Part shown: in pieces, positions 25,496 to 39,236 of the stretch
Position numbering within the stretch: position 1 is the stretch's first letter
How the letters are laid out: every line of letters starts with the position of its first letter
Source: Octopus vulgaris
Taxonomy: Eukaryota
Direction of reading: 5' to 3'
Assembly: GCA_951406725.2 (NCBI GenBank)
Contig: OX597833.1
Location: 45,074,001 to 45,138,000 of the forward strand
DNA: 64,000 nt
Program-made: the position numbers and the translations under genes
The notes under the pieces: model-generated
What the model was told of the DNA's origin: nothing
The model's input: the letters and a program-made list of their open reading frames with translations, nothing else
Database searches by the model: none

Positions 25496-26095
25496 TCTAT
25501 ATATATAAAACTGTAGTTGTGTGAGTGTCTGTCCCCTTCGATTTAGATTCCTAACTACTCCCACATTTTGCGGTACAGTTTAACCAAATTTGGGTAGCTT
25601 ATAGTCGTGATTCATATCGAGCCCGTCTGAATATTAGCGCGCGTCTACAATGAGTCTACGATTTTAAAAATAATTTAACATAATTTTTTATTCCATTTTA
25701 ATGCATAATTTTTCGTGTGTCGATGGCGGCGGAGTTGGCGTCCACGCTCACACCTGCACCTGTGGGGAAGGGAGTGTAAGGAAATCAACGTCGTAATGCG
25801 TTGTCAAGGAGACCAGTGTTCTTTTAGAACAACGACTTCATGGCTTGAAGACACCAAAACAGAAATGGCTAAGAAAGCGTCTACATGAGTCTACGATTTA
25901 AAAAAAATTTACCATCGTTTTTTTTTTCCATTTTAATGCATTTTTTCGCTATTATATAAGGGAAGTAACTCTCTAAAAATGTCTACGATGAGTCAACGAT
26001 TTAAAAAAAAATTTACCATCATATTTTTTCCATTTTTAATGCATTTTTTGCTATTTTTTGGCTATAACTCTCTAAAAATGCTTATATAGTTATTT
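25496..26095 (+). mobile_element. Non-autonomous Helitron-like element, 3'-truncated
   Basis: A|TC start. Homologous to 57398-57859, with internal gagtctacgattttaaaaa repeats. Confidence 0.75.
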
Positions 26096-26129
26096 GTGTG
26101 TGTGTGTGTGTGTGTAGATATATATGAAC

Positions 26130-27928
26130 AAATTTTCCAATCTTCTGTGTTGTGAGGACTGGAAACTTGTGTTTCAAATTGTAAGACAGTGTGTGAGAGA
26201 AAATTGTGATGTCATTGGAGAGAAATGTGTCCACATGGACGATGGCTCACTTGCATTCAATGATGCTGCAAAAGAGAGACTGGGAGATGCCACTATGAAA
26301 TGAAGAGAATGAGTGGAGAAAGAGAGTCTGCGAAATGTTGACCCAACATAGGGACCAGCTATTCGTATTCACAGTATGTTGGTAAATAAAGCAATTAAGG
26401 GTACGAAAATGGGGAAAGCCCCCAGCCCATCAGGAATCACTCCTGAGATGCTTAAAATATCTGGTGGCATAGGCTACAGTCTAGTCATCAATATAGCCAA
26501 CCAGGTGATACACAAAGGAATCACACCAATGACTGCTGTAGCAGCAACCTAGTCAACTGTTACAAAGGTAAAGATGACACATTAGATAGAAATAATCACA
26601 GAGTTATCAGATGATGAAATGCATGGAGAGGGTCACAGCCCAACTAATTAAGGAGAGAGTTAGTTTAGATGAATGCAGTTTGGGTATGTGCCAGGGAGAA
26701 GCAGCACTGATGCTATATTTCTGGTAAGATAGTTGCAGGAGAAATTCTGAGCTAAAGATAAACCTCTGTACATGTCTTTTGTTGAAATGGAGAAAGCCTT
26801 TGACAGGGTCCTCCAATCTCTTATCTGGTGGTCACTGCGGAAACTAGGGATAGGCGATTGATTGGTAAGAGCTGTATAATTCAAGCACAGGGATGCTGTC
26901 AGTAAGGTGAAAGTTGTCAATGAGTATAGTAAAGAATTCTGGGTAGAAGTAGGGATTCACCAAGGATCAGTCCTAAACCCCATCTTATTCATCATAGTCC
27001 TCCAGGCAATAATAGAGGAATTCAAGACAGGCTGCCCTGCCTCTATGCTGATTATCTTGCTCTAAACTCTGAGTCACTACCAGAACTAAAGAAGACGTTT
27101 CAAGTGTGGAAGCAAGGTCTAGAATCAAAAGGATCTAGCAAAAACCAATGTCTTAGTAAGTAGGAAGGCAAACAAATCACAAATCCCTTCAGGTAGATGG
27201 CCCTGCTGTAGAAAAGGTATAGGTAGAAACGCCATAAGATATATCAGGTATAAGCTATGGACACATGTAAGCCACAGCAATATCAAAGGAAGGTTAAATG
27301 GGAAGATAGTTTTTGTGTGTGGAAGATGCACAGGTGCAATAAACACTGAAGAAGTACAGAAAACTCCCTTCATATGCCAGGAGAAAAACTAGAAGTAGTT
27401 GATAGCTTCCATTACCTAGGTGACCAAGTCAGAAGCAGAGATGGATACTCTGAGAGTGTAGCTGCTAGAATAAGAATAGCCTGACCAAAGTTCAGTGAGT
27501 TCCTACATCTGCTGGTAACAAAGGGCCTCTTCCTCAGAGTGGAATTTAGATTGTATAATGCCTGTGCACAAACAGCCATGCTACATAGCAGTAAAACATG
27601 AGCTGAGACTACTGCAGACATGCATAGGCTTGTAAGAAATGAAGCTACTATGCTCCACTGGATATGTAATGTGAGTGTGCATACACAACCAAATGCAAGC
27701 ACCCTGAGAGAAAAGTTGGACTTAAGAAGCATCAAACGTAGTGTGCAAGAGAGATGGTTGCACTGGTATAGTCATGTGCTGCATATGAATGAGGATAGCT
27801 TTGTGACATGTCACACCCTAACCTGTGGAAGATGTAGACCGAGCAAGACATGGCATGAGCTGGTGAAGCATGACCATCGAATGTTGGGCCTCACGGAGGT
27901 AATGACAAGTGACTAAGACCTTTGGAGA
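26130..27928 (+). mobile_element. Old degraded RTE LINE fragment
   Basis: Homologous to the RTE RT region (atggagaaagcctttgacagggtc, gggattcaccaaggatcagtcct) with many stops and frameshifts. Confidence 0.9.
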
Positions 27929-28734
27929 ATGAGGCTTTGCATTCATCCCGCTTCCACCCACGTGAGTTATAGAGTAAAAAAATTCCTACAGAGAGAACTG
28001 TAGTTGAAAAACAGGGATAGAGAATTATATTATCAATAATAAAAGGGTAAAATCAATTAATTATTAATTAATTTTACCAAGTAGTGTTCAGTATGTAAGA
28101 GGACCATTTAAGGTATATTTAAAACATTCCCTCTCTCTCTTTCGGAGAGGCACTGAGCAGCTATACGCACACATACACACACGGCAGTAACTTCCACCTA
28201 CCGAATTCAATCACAAAGCTTCGGTTGGCTCGGGGCTATAGTAGAAGACACCTACCCAAAGTGCCACAAAACATTACGTTATATAATTAGGGTTCAGTAA
28301 AATAATTTACTTCACCACACACTGAACTCTTATTATTGATAATATAATTCTCTCTCCCTGTTTTTCAACTACAGTTCTCTCTATAGGAATTTGTTTACTC
28401 TATAACTCACGTGGGTGGAAGCGGGATGAATGCAAAGCCTCATTCGTACTTTAGTGCTCTCAAATCCAAATCTAAGAAATCTTTGAGCTGACGAAGGAAA
28501 TGTTGATCTTTAAATTCAACTAATCTAGAAACGTACGTTCTTAAGTAATATTAATGTACATGTGATCTTTTGTTATTTTTCCCTCCATACCTGCGTGAAT
28601 TATTTTTGAGTATACATTGTCTGGGAGATTGTTCTTATAGTAGAAGAAATAGCTAAGATTTTTTGGCTGCTATTTCTAAAAGTTCAGTGTGTGGTAAAGT
28701 AAATTATTTTACTGAACCCTAATTATATAACGTA

Positions 28735-28738
<4 letters not shown>
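27927..28738. mobile_element. Penelope-like terminal-repeat remnant with interleaved inverted repeats
   Basis: 27927-28041 inverts 28331-28445 and 28271-28328 inverts 28681-28738. Contains a hammerhead motif. Confidence 0.6.
28482..28545 (+). ncRNA. Minimal type I hammerhead ribozyme motif (imperfect stem II)
   Basis: tttgag-CTGACGA-stem II (gttga/tcaac)-GAAA-C-gtac-GTT-cttaag. Stem I pairs over 6 bp including wobbles. Confidence 0.6.
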
Positions 28739-28783
<45 letters not shown>

Positions 28784-28844
28784 GAGAGAGAGTGATAGAG
28801 AGATAGCTAGAGATATACACACATATATATATATATATACTCCA

Positions 28845-29247
28845 GGCGTAGGAGTGGCTGTGTGGTAAGTAGCTTGCTTAACAACCACATGGTTCTGGGT
28901 TCAGTCCCACTGCGTGGCACCTTGGGCAAATGTCTTCTACTATAGCCATGGGCCGACCAAAGCCTTGTGTGTGGATTTGGTAGGCAGAAACTGAAAGAAG
29001 CCCGTCGTATATATGTATATATATATATGTGTATGTTTGTGTGTTGTGTTTGTTCCCCCACCCAACATCGCTTGACAACTGATGCTGGTGTGTTTACGTC
29101 TCCGAAACTTAGCGGTTCGGCAAAAGAGACCGATAGAATAAGTACTAGGCTTACGAAGAATAAGTCCTGGGGTCGATTTCCTCGAATAAAGCCGGTGCTC
29201 CAGCATGGCCACAGTCAAATGACTGAAACAAGTAAATGAGTAAATGA
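28845..29247 (+). mobile_element. tRNA-derived SINE (family A)
   Basis: A-box-like tggctgtgtgg, B-box-like ggttcagtccc, internal (TA)/(TG) tract, end gactgaaacaagtaaa. Five long copies occur in the window. Confidence 0.85.
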
Positions 29248-31309
29248 ATATATAGAGTTTCGGATGCCGGGGTTGAAGCATGCTCTGGCATATCATCAGT
29301 TATTAAGACAAAAACGCTATGTGAAAAAAAAAAAATGATGAATAAAGGGAAGTTACTCCAATAGGCATAGTGAAAGTAAAACTTCGTTCATTGAATCTGC
29401 ATATGTACACCTATATACATACACATACGCACACACATACACACCTATATGTGCCCATGCACGCATCATTATGTTCATGTACACATCTCTATATGCACAT
29501 GCACATACATATGCAGATACACAACACCACACATGTATACATATGTACAAATATACACACATACGTATAAATGTGTAGTCAAAAATCATCCTCGCATATA
29601 TATATAGACGTTTATACAAATAAAAACACATACACAAAACATAAACCATAAACACATTCACATTCGCCACAAAATCTTGAATATACCTATGAGTTATGTA
29701 TGTATAGGGTTATGTATATAGATATGTACACAAATACACCCTCCTGTCTGTCAAACACACCTACACCTGCAGATATACAAGTATATATACATACATATAT
29801 GTATGAAAGGAGGCAAGTACAACAGCAGGTCCCGTGAATATTTCACAGAATCAATAGTTGACTTAATGGCTTATTTCTGAAAGCTTTATCCCAAAACTCT
29901 GAATGTATATACACCTTGTAAGGGTAATTTAACCCAATATTTCTGCATTTGAAATAATATCTTATTTGTATCATAGAATACATATTTTCGGTGCTTCTAA
30001 CAAAAGAACTAATATTTCTTTACATTTATATGCACATGGTTGTTCCATACAGCTAAAGTGTTTAGCATCTAAATTCAGTGGTGAATTCATTAGCAGGCAG
30101 TTTAGCTTCATGGTAAAACAATCAGTTGGAGTCTTTGAGGGATGTGGGTTTGAGTCCCATGGCTGGCTGTTGACAATTTTTTCTGTGTTGTGAGGGTAAT
30201 TTACACAGTATTTCTGTTGTTCTAACAGCAATTCTGCATTTGAAAAAATATTATCTTCTTATTTGCATAACACACACACACAAATATATGTATATATGGC
30301 TAGGTATTGCCAAGGAATGAGTAGAGGACAATAAAACATTCGGACAGATAGACGATACAAAGAGGCAGACGAGAGAAACAACAATTAGAAAGACAGGCCA
30401 AAAAAGATGGGTCATTCGTGGCCTTCTTTCTTCAGTCAAGTACCAGAAGTCACAACGATTTTGGGCAGTTACACTTGAGCTGGTTTAATCTGGTTGCCCT
30501 ACAAAAAGGTACACAATTACGAATACAAACAGCAAGAAAATAACAACAGGTGTCTTTCAACTGAGAACAAATCCAAATGAGCTGGCGTGTATGAAGTGAA
30601 AGCCTAAAGGCAGGAACATAGGAGATGGACATAAGGGGTGTTGGTGGTTAGCAATCAGGCCAAAAAAGAAAGATCGTGGCTGGCTGGACACCAGTCATGT
30701 GGAAGGAGGAGAGATGGGTAGAGAGCAATTTCTCTCCCTATTCCACATGAAGTCATTACTCTCCCTTTGTTTAACTCTTCCTTACAAAATAACCACCCTT
30801 GTGGTAGTGCCACACAAAAGTACTGAGTGCATTCTGTACAGAGAAGGTTCATGGCCTCAAGTGGTGAGTGTGTTACACTCACAATTGTAAGATTGTGGTT
30901 TCAATTTCCAAACACTTCATTTCAGCTGCTCACACCACTTAGCTCCAGCTATGGTTGGTAAGTTAACCATGCAACAGACCAGCATCCCATACAGGGATGA
31001 ACTGTGTTGTGATGTTAGACACCTATATGCCAAAGAAACTGGGTTAAGATCTGACCTTAGAAATTCAAGGGTTCTTAACAGACCGATGTTCTGTATAGTT
31101 GTTAAATGAAGCAGTGAGAATGCAGGGATAAGCAGTTTCACTTATCTTGTCATGGGTACAGCAACCTTTACAGTGATGGTACCTGGAAAGTGTTTTATGT
31201 TAGGAGGTATGAGTTTCTCAGAGCTGTTCCAGTCAGTCAACCCATTCAATGCATGCCAGCAGAGAAAGTAGACATATGAGGATGATGATGATAATATATA
31301 TTGACTCAC

Positions 31310-31463
31310 CTTAACACTGTCTCCTGCAGCTTCAAGTAACGGCTTAACCAGATTTATATAGTTCTTAATAATGGCCAGATGTAGTGGACTATGACCTTCA
31401 TCATTTTGTATATTGACTTTAGCCCCATAGTTCAGCATTAAGCTCATCACCTCAAGATGGTTG
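31310..31463 (-). CDS. Ankyrin-repeat protein, exon (154 nt, phase 2 to 0)
   Basis: tttcag|C AAC CAT...NHLEVMSLMLNYGAKVNIQNDEGHSPLHLAIIKNYINLVKPLLEAAGDSVK|gtgagt. Contains the ankyrin motif G-x-S/T-PLHLA. Confidence 0.88.
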
Positions 31464-31536
31464 CTGAAAGTTACAGAAATTGTAAAAATATATAAGTCAA
31501 AGACAATGAGATTAAATATAGATTTACAGGATTCTA

Positions 31537-31579
<43 letters not shown>

Positions 31580-31606
31580 TGTATATATATATATATATAT
31601 ATATAT

Positions 31607-32096
31607 TCTCTCTCGTGCTCTCTCGCTCTCTCTCTCTCTCGCTATGTGGTGTCGGTTTCTCCCTCTGTTATCACTGTCTCTCTCTCTCTCTCTCTGTATA
31701 TATCTCACCTTCACTCGCTTCCACAGGCTTAGCCAATACGCAGGATGAAAAATATCACCTAAGTCCTGTTCCTCTTTTCATTGTTTTTGCAAGTATCATC
31801 ATCACCATCAAGCCTTCTTATTATTATTGTTTCCCCATATATTAGCGTTATCGTTGTCTTTCGTCTCAAATGCTAGCTGAAGCATATAAACTTTCACTCA
31901 CAAAAACTTCGCAAAAACATCTCGTCTCAAATCTGGTCTTTCTTTCTGTCGCTTAATTCTCTAACCCATCTTTTCCCAACTTCCACTCATAGAAACTTAT
32001 GCACACGATCGCAAAGCATTCCATCTCAAATCCTGTCTTTCTTTCTGCCGCCTAAATCTCATCTTCTCCCAGTGCGCGGTGTCGTTTTGTCCCTCT

Positions 32097-32146
<50 letters not shown>

Positions 32147-33091
32147 GCTCTCTCTTTCTCTCGCTATGTGGTGTCGGTTTCTCCCTCTGTTATCAATGTC
32201 TCTCTCTCTCTCTCTGTATATATCTCACCTTCACTCGCTTCCACAGGCTTAGCCAATACGCAGGATGAAAAATATCACCTAAGTCCTGTTCCTCTTTCCA
32301 TTGTTTTTGCAAGTATCATCATCACCATCAAGCCTTCTTATTATTATTGTTTCCCCATATATTAGCGTTATTGTTGTCTTTCGTCTCAAATGCTAGCTGA
32401 AGCATATAAACTTTCACTCACAAAAACTTCGCAAAAACATCTCGTCTCAAATCTGGTCTTTCTTTCTCCCAGTGCGCGGTGCGCCCGCCCTCCCACCCCC
32501 ACCACCAATACCGGTGAACACTGTTCTCACCATCTACACCGGATACTCCCTCCTCCTCCCCCACCACCCCTTCCTACCCCTTCTCCTCATATGCTTTCAC
32601 TGTGAAAAGAGAAGCTGCTAGCGTCACAGCTCATCAACCGCCCACTGATCTTACGCTTCCTCCTGTTTTGAATCTGACACTGCCTCAATCCTACTATCTC
32701 CTTCCAGTCCCCTCCACGCCTCGTAATATCCTACGTTTTTATTTCTTACGAACCTGCACCAACCCTTCCTGCCATCGTTCCTCCTTACCCCCCAACCTTC
32801 CCCACCCCTACCCATTAAAAGTACCCCGGATCCTGTTGCCCCCGTGCCGCTGGCACGTTAAAAGCTCGAACCGATCGTGACCGATGCCGGACCCCCCGGC
32901 CCCTGTGCACGTAAAAAGCACCCACTCCACTCACGGAGTGGTTGGCGTTAGGAAGGGCATCCAGCCGTAGAAACTCTGCCAGATCAGACTGGAGCCTGGA
33001 GCGGCCCCTGGCTTCCCAGACCCCGGTCGAACCGTCCAACCCGTGCTAGCGCGGAAAACGGACGTTAAACGATGATGATGATGATGATGAT
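31607..33091 (+). mobile_element. Second composite retroposon: ~1.7 copies of a ~522-bp unit + C-rich linker + RTE 3' end and (GAT)n tail
   Basis: 31641-31947 is repeated at 32163-32468. Linker motifs are shared with 11510-11698. RTE terminus at ~32820-33091, flanked by (TA)n on both sides. Confidence 0.75.
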
Positions 33092-33147
33092 ATATATATA
33101 TATAGTTTTTTTGTGAATATAGTTTTTTAGTGAATTCTCCCTATTCT

Positions 33148-33194
<47 letters not shown>

Positions 33195-33197
<3 letters not shown>

Positions 33198-33385
33198 AGA
33201 ATTCACAAAAAAACTAAAGACGAAGACAGGTGGTGTAGACAACAAACAGATGTATTAGCATAACACTCGGGAAGTGAAAAAGTCTTTAACGTTTCAAGCC
33301 TACACTCTTCCACAGAAAGGAACACAGAGAGAAACAAGGAGAGAAAATAAAGAATGTGCAGTGGCTAGCGATCTGTCATGATGAA
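33195..33385 (-). mobile_element. Probable Penelope-like terminal fragment
   Basis: Short inverted copy (gtgaattctcccta / tagggagaattcac) around (TA)n and a degenerate hammerhead-like gaaga...gaaacgt on the minus strand. Confidence 0.4.
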
Positions 33386-34124
<739 letters not shown>

Positions 34125-34393
34125 GGTGCAGGTGTGGCTATGTGGTAAGAAGCTTGCTGACCAACTACATGGTTCCGGGTTTAGTTTCACTATGTGACAC
34201 TTTGGGCAAGTGTCTTCTACTATAGTCTCAAGCTGACCGAAGCCTTGTGAGTGGATTTGGTAGACAGAAACGGAAAGAAGAGTGTGTGTGTGTCTGTGTT
34301 TTTTCCCCCATTACCATTTGTTCAACTAAAACCCTTCAAAGTAGAGCTCCAGCATGACCAGAGCCAAATGACTGAAACAAGTAAAAGAATAAA
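34125..34393 (+). mobile_element. tRNA-derived SINE family A, internally deleted
   Basis: Homologous to 28845-29247. Confidence 0.8.
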
Positions 34394-34866
34394 ACTATAT
34401 AGTTAGTTAGTTCTACTTTTGCACTGGTGTTGTTAAGACGTTGCTTTGCCGCAGTCTTGCACTGAAGAACTGAAATTGTGAAGTTTTATTGAAAAATATT
34501 TTGAATTTTTACCAGTTTGTGGTGGATTTTTTTGAAGTTGTGTTCCTGTTGCTGTGTCCCTGTTCACTTTTGGAGTACCTTTGGAGTACCTTTTGGCCAG
34601 GAGTACCGGTTGGCCGGAATTGTGTGTTTCCATGTTTTGAACAGTCTTCCTTCTTTCATTTTCTCTTCTTTGTCTTTCTGCTCTTTTTGTCTTCCTTCAA
34701 AGTGTTTTTTGACTTTGTTTGGACTTTTGTTGTTTTGAACTGTTTCCTGAACTTTTTCTTCAAAGCATGGCGAAGAAATTGAACACTGCGTAGGAGTGGG
34801 AAATCATCCCACCCAAGCAATGACTAAAAAACTTAGAGGAAAGAATGGTGGTGTTGAGGACTTATT

Positions 34867-35155
34867 CTAAGTCACTCAACACCATCGCTGTCTTTCTAGG
34901 TCTACCTCTTCCACAGGATCCCTCCATAGTTAGAAATCAGCACTTCTTTACATGACTATCCCCGTCCATATGCATCACATGACCATACCAGTGCAATCTT
35001 CTCTCCTGCACATCTGATGCCCAATTTTTCCCTCAAGATGCTTACACTCTGTCATATGTGCTTACTGACATTGCATATCCAGCAAAACATATTAGCTTCA
35101 TTTCTTTCAAGCTTTCATATGTCTTCTGCAGTCACAGCCCATGTTTCATGTAATA
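34867..35155 (-). mobile_element. Degraded RTE ORF C-terminal fragment
   Basis: ggtctacctcttccac...acatgaccatacca...tctgcagtcacagcccatgtttca matches 19590-19850. Confidence 0.8.
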
Positions 35156-35640
35156 GTTTTACTGAAAACATATTAGTTTGTGTATTCATGTGGTGGGTTT
35201 GAGAGAGAGGAAAAAGATCACATTTTAATTCAAGTTTTCTGTGTGAAAGAAGTCTTAGTGAATAAATTTTTGCATAAGAGATTTATTTTATAATAGAAGA
35301 AAAATTACATTTAACTGACTGAGATCAGGTTTGTGCTGTCATTCAGCTCATCATAGCTTTAGGTGATTCTTCCATTACAAGTAAGGGACATGTGTTAATC
35401 TATTTGGAATTAAATGTGTAAATAGGCATGTTGCTTATGACATTTCCAAAACAAGGGACATAACTTTTGATTAGTATGTGCGTGTGAACTTTTCATTGTC
35501 AACGGACTTATAATAAGGGTATGTGTTGGTTAAAATTTTCAGAAAATATTTTGCTACTGCAAACTGCAGTGAAAATTCTTTACTACAGATTAGATATGTC
35601 CCAAGCATATTTGACTGATCTAAATGTGTGTTTTATTTTC

Positions 35641-36390
35641 CACCCATGCATGGTGAACAAGAAAAACAGTGACGTTCTTGTAATCCCAAGGTGTAACCAT
35701 ATGTGTAGGCTATGTCATGTTTCTGTGGAAGACATCACACATGTGATCAGCAGCTGTCCTAAAATGTCGTCACAGTGCTACCCCCCTATGTGACACTATG
35801 TTATTGCTTAAACAATATACTATGCCATCCACAAAAAAGACTGTCCTGAAATAAACTTTAAAAATCCCTCTGTTATAGAGTATATTCATAAACACCAATT
35901 CAAGGAATACTAGTGGAATATTCCCATCAAACAGCTGTCAAATATAAACATAACAGGCTGAACATTGTTGTTTGGGACAGAGGGGTAAAGGTATGTACCA
36001 TCATAGAGGTCAGCTGCCCTGCAGATATAAATATCTCTTTGAAAATCAAAGAAAAAGAGGATATCTATGGACAACTGCTTCGAAACCCCCAGCTTCTATA
36101 TCCAGACTATGAATTCATATTCATACCAATAATAATTGGAGCACTAGGTTTTGTTAGTAAATGCTTATAGGAGAATCTAGATAAACTGGGATTTTCAGAA
36201 AGGGAAATCAACCAGCTAATTCATACATTACAGGTGCAATCTGTGAGTGGAACAATAAAAATATGCAAGACTTTCCTCAAGTTCCAAATGTGAATTTGTC
36301 TGTGTTAACTACATCCCAGAGATGGAACCTTGTATCTTTGTTAGAAACCGGCTCCCTCCTAGTGGAAGGTTTATATTAATTAAAAAATAG
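35641..36390 (+). mobile_element. 3' fragment of a restriction-like-endonuclease non-LTR retrotransposon (R4/Dong-like)
   Basis: CRLCHVSVEDITHVISSC (CCHC knuckle), HNRLNIVVWD..IIEVSCP..K.KEKEDIY and IPIIIGALG, typical of the REL domain. Contains stops and a frameshift. Confidence 0.85.
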
Positions 36391-36814
36391 AAGAGACATA
36401 ATATATGAGTGGCCAAATGAGGGAAAAGGGCACTCAACACATTTAGTGAGAGTTACATGTATTGTTTGATTCAGTTTTCATGCTAATTCATGTTTTGAAG
36501 GCCCCTAAGAAGCCTCTCTCCTTCAGGTTAGGCATTAGGAAGTGCATCCAGCTGCAGAAGCCATACCAAAGCTGACAGTAGGGTTTGGCACACTCCTCTG
36601 GCTTGCCAGTTCCTGTCAAACCATTTGACTAGTGCTAGCATGGAAAATGATAATGGTGATAATGATGATGAATGCCTGTATTGATGTGTCCTGTTGAATA
36701 TATATTACCATATCATATTCCTACTATGTCATCTTTGCATATTTAATCTTTCTTTCATTCAAGCCAATTTTGAAACAACATAGATCTGGAGATCTTAAAT
36801 ACTTCTGAACTTAC

Positions 36815-36972
36815 CCAAGCACAGCATAATGTAAGGGTGTAAAGCCATTTTTATCAAATGCATTTACATTGCATTGAGCATTGTTTTCTATCAGCAATTT
36901 CACTGTAGCTATGTCACCCAGCCGACAAGCAATAGACAGGAAACTTAGACCACATACACTGTTTTGAGGAAT
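36815..36972 (-). CDS. Ankyrin-repeat protein, exon (158 nt, phase 0 to 2)
   Basis: tctctgcag|IPQNSVCGLSFLSIACRLGDIATVKLLIENNAQCNVNAFDKNGFTPLHYAVLG|gtaagt. GG plus the first C of the next exon gives Gly. Not in the ORF track. Confidence 0.9.
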
Positions 36973-37220
36973 CTGCAGAGATTAAAGTGAAAGCATGTCA
37001 AAATTGCTAAATTTGAGACGGTGTGAGATAATGAGGAAAAATATTTTTAAAAAAGATCAGAACAGTAGGAGATAAATTAGATGCAAAGGGAAGGTATACA
37101 ACAAAGAGAAAGAGAGTCGGGGAAAGCTTCTTTATAGAAAATGAAGCAGCTGAACTTGTGAAAATTATAACTTCATAATGACCTGATCTTTCAAAAAAGT
37201 TAGTGAAGCTATTTATTTAA

Positions 37221-37439
37221 CCCTTTCATTACCAACCCGACTGAAACCACCTCTGACTCTGGAGTACAAATGTCTTGTTTTCATAAGTTTGAATTAAAAT
37301 CTTCCACCAAACCTTAGTCACAATTTATGTTCCTAACAATAGCTTAATGACAACTAAGTTATTTTGCTAAATTATTTGTTATATCTAAAATCAATTGAAA
37401 GAAACAGAGCATCTCAAAATAAATACAGTAATGAAAGGG
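37221..37439. mobile_element. piggyBac-type MITE
   Basis: TTAA|ccctttcattac ... gtaatgaaaggg|TTAA. Confidence 0.8.
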
Positions 37440-39129
37440 TTAATTGGGAAACTGATAAGTAATGAGTATTCATAGCTTCTCTTAAAATCAATGTAAGTAG
37501 GATAGTACAATTCAAGCAGACAATTTAGTTACAATTTAATTTTTTTTGTTATGAACACACACTCATTTGCAGTGAGTTCTTCAACAATGAAATACAACTG
37601 TGATTACTATATTGAAACTGGAATCGGCCAGAATGTATTAAGAATGAATATGTCTTATCATTCTGTTTCTTGTTCTTTACTGCACATATTGTGATTTATT
37701 ATCACTTGGTAGATATCAGCATGTATCAGCAATTAGTTTGTTAGCTGAAATTATAGACAAGAGCCACAATTCATTTGTCCAGCATAGCTTTGCCTAAGGA
37801 GATATTTAGGATGGCAGAATGCACTGTTATAGTGTTAAAACATATGTAAGACATCTTTCAGGATAGCAAAAAATGTAATAAATCTGAGGGAGCTGGGTCC
37901 AAACTGTAAGCGGGATGTGGAATCAGTTCAATTCCCTCTAATTCCTAGAATTTATTCTAGCTTGTTCAAGTGGTGTGAGGTCCTGCATTGTCTTGTTGCA
38001 GGAAAGCTCACTGTCGTTTAACCAATGCTAGATATTTCTATCATACAATGGCATACATCTGCTCCAGCTGTTTGGAGTATAGGTTAGTAACAATGGTTTG
38101 GCCATCTGGAACTCGTAGGAAATTATCCTTTCGTAAGTCCATTAGACAGAAAGCACCACTTTGTGTTCAAAATGCCCATGTTTGGTGGCAAGTTTCAGAA
38201 ACTGGCCCTTTCTTAACTGCTGCTTATGTATATTAGGATTGTGGAAAAATATCTCCCTGAGATTATTACTTGTTCTGATCTATGCCTCACTTCCTGTGTT
38301 TGTGATGCTTCATCAACCAAGAGGGGGTGGAAGCTTCAGTGAAGGAGTTCTTTGTCTCAAAGGACAAGAACTGGCATTAGCATGGGATCAAAGAACTGGC
38401 AGAAAGGTGGTTTCAGACAGTGCAATAAGACGGCTCCTACTTTGAATGCTAGGCTACTTTTGTTGTAACTTGACAAACAAAGTAAGTTACCAAAGTATTG
38501 CAAAACTTTTGACATAAAACAATACCTAATGATGATAATGATAAGGAAGAGATGGAGAAGTAATTGAAGGAAATGGAAATATAATAGGCTAAAAAATGCA
38601 ATTTGTTAAGAACTTTTAACATTCATCATCATTGCTTTTGTTATTCTTTTAACATCCAATTTACCAATTTGGCAAGACACAATTTGTTGAGGTAGATTTT
38701 CTATGGTTGGATGCTCTTTCTGTGAACAACCCTCACCTGTTTTGAAACACGGTAATATCTCCTGATAGCTGTATAGGTCTATAAAGAAGAACCCATGTCA
38801 GCATGGACAATAGATGTCAAAAGATGAAAGATAGGGAATGAAGGACACTGCTTCAAATATGGTAAGATTCACTAACAACTATTTGTTTACAACTATTGTC
38901 CAGACACAAACATACACACATATATGCATACAAACCACAAACACACATACATATTGGGATGGGTGTCTTTCAGTTTCTGTCTACTAAATCCACTCACAAG
39001 GATTTGATTGCTCTAGGGCTATAGCAAAAAGACAATTGCCCAATGTTCCATGTGGTGGAAGTGAACCTGATCATAAAAATAAAATAATAAATAGATGCAT
39101 TAGGGGAAAACAATAAAGGAGCAGCTTAC

Positions 39130-39236
39130 CAAACGTGGATTTTGTGTGAAACATTGTTTAATCCATCTACTATCACCCTGAATAAGCTTACATAAAATAT
39201 CATTCTCAGTATAAAAATAACCATCAATATCTTGAC
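39130..39236 (-). CDS. Ankyrin-repeat protein, upstream exon (107 nt, phase 1 to 0)
   Basis: tttctttctcttaccag|(G)QDIDGYFYTENDILCKLIQGDSRWIKQCFTQNPRL|gtaagc. Phase matches the 36972 acceptor. Confidence 0.8.

Noticed and set aside
29940-30265. Minus-strand ORF ending KEILVLLLEAPK as a further ankyrin exon
   Set aside because: No ankyrin consensus or good donor. The region has internal direct repeats and a tRNA-like B-box, suggesting a repeat element.
30395-30445. Hammerhead-like ctgaaga...gaat on the minus strand
   Set aside because: The GAAA core and stems are not intact. At most a decayed Penelope-like remnant.
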